From Craspedostauros australis (lineage: Eukaryota), in contig JALAGF010004238.1 of NCBI GenBank assembly GCA_030167865.1, positions 1 through 43,938 on the forward strand: a DNA stretch of 43,938 nucleotides, read 5' to 3'. The translations under genes were made by a program, and so were the position numbers. Under the pieces are notes generated by a model. That model was not told where the DNA came from. It saw only the letters and a program-made list of their open reading frames with translations, and ran no database searches. The stretch's first letter is position 1; the number at the start of each line of letters is the position of its first letter. Positions 30,804-40,026 of the stretch are shown in pieces.

Positions 30804-32426
30804 TCACTGCGTACCATCTGCCGCCGCCGCCTGGATCATGTCATCCAACGTCTCGAGCTTGTCCAACGGCACATCGACCTGCACGGCATCACCCGCCGCA
30901 TTCTTGAGCCGCAGATCCTTGACTCGCACGACGCCCTTGGCAATCTCATCGGGTGCCACGAAGACCATGCGCCGCGCGCCGGTCTGATCGGCATGCTTGA
31001 AGCTGTTGGCGACCTTCTTCTTGGGCGTGGGCATGAGATCGACGGAGCAACCGCAGGCGCGCAGACCCGCAGCGATCTTGGCGGCGCTGCCGAAGAGATC
31101 GGCGCTGAAGGCGCAGACGACATAATCGACGCCGCTCGCGGAGAAGTCGGGGACCTTGTTGAGATCCATGAGGAGCTCCATGATGACGCAGTCTCCGAAG
31201 CCGAAACCGACGCAGGGGATCTGGCAGGTCTCTCCGCCGTAGAGCTCGAGGAGTCTGTCGTAACGCCCGCCTCCCATGATGGCGCGCAGCTCGCCGCGGC
31301 GGTCAAAGGCCTCCCACACGATGCCGGTGTAGTAGGCGAGGCCGCGCACGACGCTGGCGTCGAAGATGAGGTAGTCCGAGAAGCCGTAGTCGACGGAGAG
31401 CTCGAAGAGCCTCTTGAGCTGCTGGATGGATGCCGATTCGGCGCCGATGAGATCGGCCAGGGCATCGATGGTCGGTGCCTCCAGGGCCTTGAGGATGGCC
31501 CGGGCGGACTCCTCGGGTACCTTGATCTCCCCCAGAAGCTCCACCACGGCATCCCCGCCGATCTTATCCAGCTTGTCGATGATGACGCAGGCCTTGGCGA
31601 AGACGTCGCCGCCGTCCTTGTCAGCCGTGGCCTTGCTGATGCCGTACTTGGCCAGCAGGGTCTCCAGGACGGCGCGCGAGTTGACCTTGATGCCCACGAT
31701 GTCGGAACCGATGCCGATGCGGCGGAAGAAGTCGCAGGCCGCCGACAGGAGCTCGAGCTCGGCATTGACGTGATCCACGCCCACGATGTCCATGTTCCAC
31801 TGGTAGTGCTCGCGCTTGCGACCGCGCTGCGTCGTCTCGAAGCGCCAGCACTGCGGGATGGAGAACCATTTGAGGGGCAGCGGCAGCCGCACGTCGCCCG
31901 TCTGCAGGTTCGTCTTGTTGAGCACCATGCGCGCCAGGGTGGGCGTCATCTCTGGACGCAGCGTGACGTGGTCGCCCTCCTTGTCGTGGAAGGCGTACAT
32001 CTGGCCGACGATCTCCTCGCCGGCCTTGCGCTCGTAGAGCTGCACGTGCTCCAGCACGGGCGCATCGTACTCCGAGAAGCCGAAGGCCTTGGCGGAGTCC
32101 CTCATGTTGCCGAACAGCCAGTTGCGCACCTGCATCTCCTGCGGGTAGAAGTCTCTGGTGCCCGAGGGCGCGTCGAGGTAGGCCGGCCTCGGGGCCTGCT
32201 TCGCGGCGTTCTCCGCTTCCTCCACGAGGCGGTCCAGCTCCTTCTCGATCTTCTTCTCCGTCCATGCCGGGTCGCTGAGCTCGGCCGCGAGCCGCTTCTT
32301 CATGGCCAAGCACTTGGCCTTGCGTTCCTGCGCGGCGATCTGCTGCTCAGGCGTGGGCTTGCCCTTCAGCTTCGGTCCGAACGACTTCCATTCCTCCACG
32401 TGCTCTGTTGTGAACGGCGACGACAT
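30804..32426 (-). CDS. hisS: Histidyl-tRNA synthetase
   Basis: Motifs PSGTRDFYP, TLRPEMTPTLAR, KWFSIPQCWRFETTQRGRKREHYQWNMDI, VVRGLAYYTG, GGGRYDRL and CVGFGFGD, followed by a C-terminal anticodon-binding domain. Confidence 0.96.
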   Translation of the reverse strand: MSSPFTTEHVEEWKSFGPKLKGKPTPEQQIAAQERKAKCLAMKKRLAAELSDPAWTEKKIEKELDRLVEEAENAAKQAPRPAYLDAPSGTRDFYPQEMQVRNWLFGNMRDSAKAFGFSEYDAPVLEHVQLYERKAGEEIVGQMYAFHDKEGDHVTLRPEMTPTLARMVLNKTNLQTGDVRLPLPLKWFSIPQCWRFETTQRGRKREHYQWNMDIVGVDHVNAELELLSAACDFFRRIGIGSDIVGIKVNSRAVLETLLAKYGISKATADKDGGDVFAKACVIIDKLDKIGGDAVVELLGEIKVPEESARAILKALEAPTIDALADLIGAESASIQQLKRLFELSVDYGFSDYLIFDASVVRGLAYYTGIVWEAFDRRGELRAIMGGGRYDRLLELYGGETCQIPCVGFGFGDCVIMELLMDLNKVPDFSASGVDYVVCAFSADLFGSAAKIAAGLRACGCSVDLMPTPKKKVANSFKHADQTGARRMVFVAPDEIAKGVVRVKDLRLKNAAGDAVQVDVPLDKLETLDDMIQAAAADGTQ

Positions 32427-32855
32427 CTTCCTTTCTTATTGATACCAGTGTGATTATGAATGTAAGTGCGATTGCAAGTCTGGCGAGGGTATGGTTTGGA
32501 TGGAAGAGTTCGATGATGCCCCTGTCTGCACAACACGATGCGATGGAGTACTACTACAATGCGACACAACGCAATCAAGAATGCACGTCAAGGCCAAACA
32601 CAAACACACGAACTCCCACCACATCCAAGAATCTTGTGTGTGGACAATACCGACACAGGACAGACGTCGAACTTGATGTTGGACAACCAACACACGAATC
32701 GTTTTGGCGCCAAAAATGCTCCAGAGATCTTGTGCCCGCCACACAGGATGTTCCATGTTCCACATAACATTACTCTGCTCTGCTCTACTCAACGCGTCCA
32801 TGGAGAGCCAGTGCATTGAAACACTCTATTCTAGCTGCACTCTAGCTGCTCTACT

Positions 32856-33692
32856 TTAACCAATGCCGTATCCACCATGTCGTCGATTCTTTCCCGGTTT
32901 GACTCCGACAGGTTTTTTGGAAGCCGATTTCTTGTTCTCAACAGTGTTGAACTCGTTGGCCATGCGCTTGCCGAGCTTCTTGGCCTGACCACGCTGCATC
33001 TTCCAAACGACGCAGTATAGTGGAAGCTGGTAGATGGGACGTGTGCTCCATGCATCATCGTCGCCATCGCTGCTGTTGCTCTCATCTCCTTCGTCGCCAT
33101 CCTCCATGACGCCGCCCTCAAACAGAACCTGCCCACCTTCCTGCAACTCCAAGCACCGCGCCGCCACCACATCGAACGTTTCGGGCATGCGCAACGTCGA
33201 CAGATCGATCACCAACGCATCGTCGTCACCCGTCGAACTCTTGTGCAGCACGATCGACGCCTGCGCGCGCGCATCGCACAGCGATCGGTACGAGTTGACG
33301 AGCGGCGCATCGCGTCGTTGCGATCGCCAACCCGATCCGGCGATTTCCAAGTATCCCTTCGTGTTGCGGGCCTGGTCGAACAGCAGGCGCTCGTCCTGAT
33401 TGAGGCGATGCGGCACGCCGCGCGAACCCGTGCCTTTCTGTTTGGCGGGTTTGCCCCAGCTGATGCGTTCGACGTCTTCGACGGTGGGTCGCCATGTGTC
33501 GTGGCGGGCCTGCCAGAATGTGCCCGGCTTGGCGAATGCCGTCGATTTGGGTTTGGCCATGTGCAATTGTGCGCCGGTGCGTCGCAGCGTCGTTGCCGAC
33601 TGGTGCTGGAATGCGTGCGATACGGAACCACCGATGATGGTATCGGTCGCCAGCATCATCAGCGCTGCTGATCGGACGAGTATTCTCATCAC
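32856..33692 (-). CDS. Plastid-targeted protein of unknown function
   Basis: Signal-like N-terminus with an SHA-F site. The basic core VERISWGKPAKQKGTGSRGVPHRLNQDER...PLVNSYRSLCDAR looks like a folded, conserved domain, and codon usage is coding-like. Confidence 0.7.
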   Translation of the reverse strand: MMRILVRSAALMMLATDTIIGGSVSHAFQHQSATTLRRTGAQLHMAKPKSTAFAKPGTFWQARHDTWRPTVEDVERISWGKPAKQKGTGSRGVPHRLNQDERLLFDQARNTKGYLEIAGSGWRSQRRDAPLVNSYRSLCDARAQASIVLHKSSTGDDDALVIDLSTLRMPETFDVVAARCLELQEGGQVLFEGGVMEDGDEGDESNSSDGDDDAWSTRPIYQLPLYCVVWKMQRGQAKKLGKRMANEFNTVENKKSASKKPVGVKPGKNRRHGGYGIG

Positions 33693-34170
33693 AGCGATTC
33701 ACGTGCGCTCGAATGCAGGAGAAAATGGAGTGGAGGAGAGGAGAGGAGTGGTGCTTCTACTTGTACTATTCGTGTCAGTACACATCTATCCATCGTTTCC
33801 CCCGGGTGCCCTGTTTCTTAAGCGACGGCCGTTCCATTGTGTGAGACCGTCATCATCGTCATCATCGTTGTCGCCGTTACTGTTGTTGATGTGTGCGTTG
33901 TTGTGCTCTTGCAAGGCGACGAAACACCCACATTTTCTGTTCTGACTCATTCATTTGATTCATTCGACTGCACCAATCACCGAACCCAAACGAAATCCGC
34001 CAACATGCGAAACCGAACGATGGCCGCCGCCAACAAGAATCCGCACAAACCCATCCTCGTGTGGAGTGCCCACAACACTCATAGTCACATGCAACGACCA
34101 TTGATTGGCAGAGCTGAAACCAGGCAACGCGCAGCTTCGATCCAACACCAGCAACAAGAACAGCAGCAAC

Positions 34171-34623
34171 ATGGTCTGGTCAACGATCAAGAGCGCCTTG
34201 GGCATGGCGGAACCCACGCTGCCCGACGGCCCCACGCGACTGCCACCCTACTTCCCCGTGCAACCACCGGCCTGCGCCAAGCATTCCGAAAAGCTATTTG
34301 CCTGCCTGGCGAACGAGGCCACGCAGAAGGCGCGCGACATGGAACGGGCCGGATTGCACACATCGTACTTTGAGGATGTCACTGTGCAGCCCGTCGATGC
34401 GGTCGCTGCCGAGACGGTGGCGCGCGAAGGCGAGGATCGCGCCGATCTGCCCAAGGCCACGGACAACCCGCTGGATGAATGCCGTACCTTCGTGGCGTAT
34501 TACCAGCGCTGCTGCGATCGGGAGTTGAAGAAGAAGAAGAATTGGATCCTCAATGAGCATGTGCGAGTGCAGGAAGAATACCGGTACAAGGGTCCCGTGA
34601 AAGAGGAGGCGGGTGCCAAGTGA
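34171..34623 (+). CDS. Small twin CX9C-type protein (candidate mitochondrial intermembrane-space protein)
   Basis: Two CX9C motifs, C-AKHSEKLFA-C and C-RTFVAYYQR-C. The ATG at 34171 follows a CAA-rich leader. Confidence 0.65.
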   Translation: MVWSTIKSALGMAEPTLPDGPTRLPPYFPVQPPACAKHSEKLFACLANEATQKARDMERAGLHTSYFEDVTVQPVDAVAAETVAREGEDRADLPKATDNPLDECRTFVAYYQRCCDRELKKKKNWILNEHVRVQEEYRYKGPVKEEAGAK

Positions 34624-34937
34624 GCAACTGACAGCAATGTGATGTCGAGTACTCTGCTCTAATTTACGAGTATGGCGACGAAAGGAAGTTGGGGTTGGAA
34701 GTCAATAAATTCGATATGTCGTTGCAATGGACAAAAACCGAGCATAGCAAGATCATTCTGGAAGATATATATTCTACTCGAGCATTGGTGGAGTGGGCGT
34801 TCCTTCAATATCTTTAGAAGGTCTATCCTCCAATTTACTCTCTCTCTCTCTAGCGGACGGCTACAATTCTTCAAAGAGTCTATCCATCTTCTAAAATGCG
34901 TTCATCCATTCGTTGATTCGTTCGTTGGCTCCATCAT

Positions 34938-36113
34938 TCATCCATGATGAAATGCCTGATGTACAAGAACGGCAATGATCACGGGCAGGATCAGCATCAA
35001 CCACGATGTCGAAGCCATGAAATAACGTGACAGCGCATCGTGAGAATCATTATCGTCATCGTCGTCGTCGTCTTCGATGGTGGGCACGTCTTCCTCGCAC
35101 TGCGATGGCTCTGTTAGAAGCGGTTCGGTGTCACTTACCGAATCCGATGCCGTGGCCTTGTCCACCCACCGCGCCACATCCTTGGCAAGCCGCTTGTTCG
35201 TCTTGGCATGTTTCTGCTGCTGCCGTTGCAAATCCACCAGCAGACGTTTGCCTTGCGGGTGGTTGTGCTGGATCAGCTTCTTAGCATCCTGCATGGCATG
35301 ATGAAATTTGGACAATCCAGCCTGTGCTTTTGCGCGCAGTTGCAGTGCCGTCAACGCGTTCGGCGACAGTTGCTCTGCTTGCCAACTGGCGATTGTCATG
35401 GCCAACGTAGAACTCAACACCGCCGACTGCAAGTACTTGGGGCGCAGATTGCTGGACAGTTCTGACAATCGCAGCAAACACCGCGTCAAATTGATCAGGA
35501 TCCGCGTCTGCAGCTGTTCGGCGTCATGCTCCACGATGGAAAGCAGGATGGCGGATCGTTGCAGCACCATCTCCTTGTTGGTGGCGGGAATCATGACATC
35601 GACTTCGTCGCCATCGACGCAATCGACTTCAGCGACATGGATGTGGCCACCTTGTTTGATCAGCACCGACGATCCAACATCAATCTCTTTGGATATCCGC
35701 AGGGCTTCTTCATAGTACGGAATTGCGCTCGAAGGATCGTGTAATCGCAGCAGCTGATCGCCGCGATCTTTCCATAGTTGGATGAGTTGCAATTTGGACA
35801 ACGTCGATGAATGCTGCGGATTGCTCTCGAATTCCAGCAGCTGTTCGATCTGTGAAAGCGTCGTGATGCGCTCGTGATCAACTTCGTGAGACACCGCATT
35901 CGGTGTCACGAGGAACCGAGCATCCGAGGAAGCTGGTGTCGGATGCATCGGTTCGAACAGCAACGAGACAGATCCATCTTCCTCGATTGTCTCCACGATT
36001 GCTCTTCCCTTGATTGCATTCGTCTTCGCTGACGATGACGCATCGTCAAATCGAATGGCTCGCACCGTCGATCCGACCTGCACATCAGCAGGTGCTTCGG
36101 GCGTGTCGCTCAT
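34938..36113 (-). CDS. TPR-domain protein with C-terminal transmembrane tail anchor
   Basis: TPR helices WKDRGDQLLRLHDPSSAIPYYEEAL, ILINLTRCLLRL and ALQLRAKAQAGLSKFHHAMQDAKK, with C-terminal TM WLMLILPVIIAVLV. The start is either 36113 or the ORF-track start at 36212. Confidence 0.75.
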   Translation of the reverse strand: MSDTPEAPADVQVGSTVRAIRFDDASSSAKTNAIKGRAIVETIEEDGSVSLLFEPMHPTPASSDARFLVTPNAVSHEVDHERITTLSQIEQLLEFESNPQHSSTLSKLQLIQLWKDRGDQLLRLHDPSSAIPYYEEALRISKEIDVGSSVLIKQGGHIHVAEVDCVDGDEVDVMIPATNKEMVLQRSAILLSIVEHDAEQLQTRILINLTRCLLRLSELSSNLRPKYLQSAVLSSTLAMTIASWQAEQLSPNALTALQLRAKAQAGLSKFHHAMQDAKKLIQHNHPQGKRLLVDLQRQQQKHAKTNKRLAKDVARWVDKATASDSVSDTEPLLTEPSQCEEDVPTIEDDDDDDDNDSHDALSRYFMASTSWLMLILPVIIAVLVHQAFHHG

Positions 36114-36483
36114 CTTCGAGCTGCGATGGTCCTTCTTGTTTGTGTCACCTCCGTGTGTTGCGCTTGTGGCGGGGTTGCGGTTTGCGAGAAGAATCGAGTT
36201 ATGTCGAGACAAGATACCTCAGCGCAAAAACGTGTTGTCATACTGTATGAAGCACGAATTAACACAATATTCATGAGGATTATCACCTAATTATCACGCA
36301 TATTCGATTTCCTTATTTACAAAAGCTTGAATTGCATCAACAAATCTCTTCACTTGAACGAGCAATGCACAAGAAACGCACAGAACGAGGAAAGTGAACA
36401 GACAATCACTCAACACACTCAACAGCACAAGTGGAGAACAAGGATCAGCGGCTCGCAAGACGAGATCAGTAGCATGTAGCACG

Positions 36484-39400
36484 ATGAGTCATAGCAGATG
36501 GGATGCGCTGAGTCCTTCCAACGAAGATCGGTCGAACGATAGAAATAAGAAGCTGCCTCAAGAATCCGCATGGAGGCAATCGACGAACAATGCTCGTCAA
36601 ACCACCACTTCGTTTCGAAAGAATGAAAGTGCTCGAGGCCAAGCGACGTCCAAGTACACTCCTCCCTCCCACCGCAATAATCATCACAAGAGAAGCGCTA
36701 AGAGCGGCAACACGAAGTATCCCCAGGGAAAGCTCCGACAGAGCCATTCACAACAGCAAACGAAACAGCAACCATGGAGACGAAAAGGCCAAACAGGCCG
36801 GCAAAAACGCGAGATCGAGGAACAATGGGATCGCCTCCTCGAGGCCCTGGGACAAGCACCATCTCCGAACGATGAGACATCCGGGACGCAACCAGATATC
36901 GCTTTGGAAGGTGCCATTCGCGACACAGTGAAGGTCTTGACATCCAGTGCGCCTTCGAATAAGGCCGATGGCATGCTTCCGAAAGCTCCATCAACGATCG
37001 ATCAACTCATCGACATCCTCGTCTCGGCGCAACAGGCGTCCAGGCAATTGCATCAGCCAATCGTCATGTTGATACGATGCATCATCGTACACCAGCATTT
37101 CCACCTTCTCAGTCTCAATTCCAACCGCATCACGAGACGGCTGTTCCTCCATTGCGTCCAACATCCCGGCGACACCGCAACCATGCAGGTGCTCTGCCTC
37201 ATGACCATGCACTTCGTCGCACGATTGGCACCTGAACAAACCGCCATCCAAAGTGTGGCGCAAGTCTTCCTCCCAGTTCTCGAAGGCGCGGTCGTCGCTA
37301 AATCCACGTCGTGCACTGTTGATGTTCTGCAAACAATGCACACCATGTTCTTGCATCCGCAGCACGTTTCATCCATGATGGGGTCCTTGATCAAGGATGT
37401 CAACGATGAAGGTTTGGAAGACTACATCGTCAATCCATTGCGATATCGTATCCTGGACGTGCTTCAGAAATTGCTCTGCAAATACGATGACAAGAATGAT
37501 GCCACCGCCAAAGTCTCTGTCGTGACATGGTCCTGCAAGGCTCTCACAGCGTGCTTCACAGCATTGCACAAATTGGATGCGAAGACGCAGAGCAAGCACG
37601 ACCTCAATCCAACGGTCTCATCTTCCGTTCAGCTGCTTGCGACGCGCATCATCGTGGCAGGAGATTGTCAGGAGAATACGGACTCCGATCTTCGACTCGC
37701 AACTTTGCACCTGCTCCTATCGCTGTTGCAGTACGCGCCAACGAAGGGCGTTGAAGTTGGAATCCGGTTGCTGTTGGATTCCACATCACCCCGGAGCACT
37801 ACGTCCGCAGCCAGCAGCAAAGAACAGGCTCAACAGCCGATAAGTCCATTGTTCAGGATGATGCGAGCAATCGAAACAAGTTCACACAGTCAACGCCAAC
37901 AGGTTGTTGCCTGCCAGCTCATTGCATCCATTCTGGACCATGCGTCATCCAAACAGCTTTTCGGCCCCACCCTGCGTGGTAGCCTCTCCACGTCAAGGTC
38001 GTACCATGCGGCATCGACGTCCCATGGATACGTCGGCAGGGTCGTCGCGATGTTGGAAAGCACCATCTCCTGCATTCGGGTCATGTTCCGCCTGGATTAC
38101 GAGCAGCAGCCACAGCACGCCTCTGACATGATGCAATCCATTTGCAAGCTTCTCCTGGCCTTCTTCAAAAAGGAGACCAGCACGGATGCAGGTCTGTTGC
38201 GACAATCTGCGAAACTGTGGGGCGACATTGCCGTGGCAATTGTGGATACCACGAGATGGACACCAACCATCCGAAAGGAACTTGCAACATCGCTCGTTGC
38301 CACCTTGGGTGGTCAAATCACACCCGACGGAAAAGTGGTGTCGATCTGCGCAGCTGCGAAGCGATGGTTGCAGGACGCATCATCGTCATCGTCGTCGTCA
38401 TCGTTTATATCGAATCTGTTCGACGATCTTCACAAAACAGCGTCTGCTCAGAGGGTCAAAAAGGAGGACCGTGACATTGCATTGCTACTGCTGACCGAAA
38501 TCATAAAGTCAGGCGAGTCCGCGCCCGCACTGGATGTGAATCGATGTCAAGAGCTGGCGACCGCGTTTTGGGAGGCAACAAACAAAGAAATCTCCTTCAA
38601 GGTCCTATCCTCCGTGCTCGCCGGAAGACGCAAGCTTCTCGACAGATGTGTAGAATGGCCAGCACATCTGCAACCTATCACGATGCTGCCAATGATTGTG
38701 CCCTTCCTATCACAAGGCATCGGCGATCCATCACCAGCGGTGACTTGCCTGGCAGCATCATGCTACAGTCTGCTTACATCGAGTGATTGGATCTATCTCG
38801 ACAATCCATCATCAGCCCAACCAAGCTCACCACAGAAGGATGCTCATGACAGCAGCAGCCACAGTCACCTGCGCATGATCCTGCAGCGATGTTCGCCCAA
38901 CCCTCAGAACAGCGGCAAAGTCCGCATTGCCGCATGCAAAGCAGTGGCGGAGTTTGGCAATGAATACTTCGCATTCGCTCCATCTATCGACACGGCACAC
39001 AATCATTTGAGTGAAATCCAAGTCGCGATGCTCATCACGATGAACGATTCCAATCCGCAAGTGCGCAGCATCTCCCTATTGGCCATTGGGAATGCGGCAC
39101 ACTCGTGGCATCGCAATTGGGGTGTGGATGTTGCATGGATGATGGACACAGTCCTTCAGGTGCAAACCAACTTGACGCATACGAATGACAAGGTGGTCGG
39201 GAATGCCATCCGCGCGCTGGGGCACGTTTCCAGGGTGTACGCCCACGAGGACGTGGCGCTGTACACGACCACATTGGAACAGCTCACCATCAAGGTCTCC
39301 AACGCCTTGCACGCCGCGTTGCATCGTGACACAGCCACCACGATGAGCTGGAAACAGAGATCGAGCGCCAAGAAACATGGCTGGGGAGCCTGCAATGCAA

Positions 39401-39930
39401 TGGCACATGTACTGTCCTCGCCGCTCTGCAAAGACATTGCGACGCTGCCCACCACCATCAGCACGTTATTCGAATGCATCTTGCACTGCGACGCTTTGAA
39501 TGACAAGATCGTGATGGCCGCGATGCGTGCCATCCTGTCCATACCCTGCAACGTATTTGTGGACAGCAACGCTACTGTCGGCGCGGTCTTGGGCCATGTC
39601 ATACCTCGCAAGTCGCTGCGACCTTTGCTCAAGTACCTCTTGGCATGCGCTTCCATTAGCGACGCCTGCACGGTGCTGAAGTCGATCGGCATGGACGATT
39701 TGCAGGCGTTGTACGTGTGGATGGTGGAGGAAGATGGCATCCCATCGCACGCGTTCGAGATCTTCGCATTGGCCATGCAGCGACCTGGTTTGCGAGTCGA
39801 GGCCAGCATCGAGCAGAGCTTCAAATCTCGTGCGTTGCATGAATACAAAAAGGAAATGACAGATGGTGCCGATACAGACGCAAACGATGGTGCGGAGAAT
39901 GGGGATGACGACTTGGGCGACGAATTGTGA
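36484..39930 (+). CDS. Large HEAT/ARM-repeat protein, HEATR6-like
   Basis: C-terminal HEAT repeats KVRIAACKAVAEF, DSNPQVRSISLLAIGN, NDKVVGNAIRALG and KHGWGACNAMAHVL resemble HEATR6. The N-terminus is basic and looks disordered. Confidence 0.7.
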   Translation: MSHSRWDALSPSNEDRSNDRNKKLPQESAWRQSTNNARQTTTSFRKNESARGQATSKYTPPSHRNNHHKRSAKSGNTKYPQGKLRQSHSQQQTKQQPWRRKGQTGRQKREIEEQWDRLLEALGQAPSPNDETSGTQPDIALEGAIRDTVKVLTSSAPSNKADGMLPKAPSTIDQLIDILVSAQQASRQLHQPIVMLIRCIIVHQHFHLLSLNSNRITRRLFLHCVQHPGDTATMQVLCLMTMHFVARLAPEQTAIQSVAQVFLPVLEGAVVAKSTSCTVDVLQTMHTMFLHPQHVSSMMGSLIKDVNDEGLEDYIVNPLRYRILDVLQKLLCKYDDKNDATAKVSVVTWSCKALTACFTALHKLDAKTQSKHDLNPTVSSSVQLLATRIIVAGDCQENTDSDLRLATLHLLLSLLQYAPTKGVEVGIRLLLDSTSPRSTTSAASSKEQAQQPISPLFRMMRAIETSSHSQRQQVVACQLIASILDHASSKQLFGPTLRGSLSTSRSYHAASTSHGYVGRVVAMLESTISCIRVMFRLDYEQQPQHASDMMQSICKLLLAFFKKETSTDAGLLRQSAKLWGDIAVAIVDTTRWTPTIRKELATSLVATLGGQITPDGKVVSICAAAKRWLQDASSSSSSSSFISNLFDDLHKTASAQRVKKEDRDIALLLLTEIIKSGESAPALDVNRCQELATAFWEATNKEISFKVLSSVLAGRRKLLDRCVEWPAHLQPITMLPMIVPFLSQGIGDPSPAVTCLAASCYSLLTSSDWIYLDNPSSAQPSSPQKDAHDSSSHSHLRMILQRCSPNPQNSGKVRIAACKAVAEFGNEYFAFAPSIDTAHNHLSEIQVAMLITMNDSNPQVRSISLLAIGNAAHSWHRNWGVDVAWMMDTVLQVQTNLTHTNDKVVGNAIRALGHVSRVYAHEDVALYTTTLEQLTIKVSNALHAALHRDTATTMSWKQRSSAKKHGWGACNAMAHVLSSPLCKDIATLPTTISTLFECILHCDALNDKIVMAAMRAILSIPCNVFVDSNATVGAVLGHVIPRKSLRPLLKYLLACASISDACTVLKSIGMDDLQALYVWMVEEDGIPSHAFEIFALAMQRPGLRVEASIEQSFKSRALHEYKKEMTDGADTDANDGAENGDDDLGDEL

Positions 39931-40026
39931 CGTGGGTGGAGAAGCACTGCGAAGAAAATTACGACTGACTATTGCTTCCCATTAATCCAACTACGGCATA
40001 TTCCATCTCTTTGCATTTGCGTTCGC

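Noticed and set aside
30836-32453. Long overlapping ORFs over hisS (486 aa antisense, 309 aa alternative frame)
   Set aside because: These are shadow ORFs expected from high GC and strong codon bias, with no recognisable motifs.
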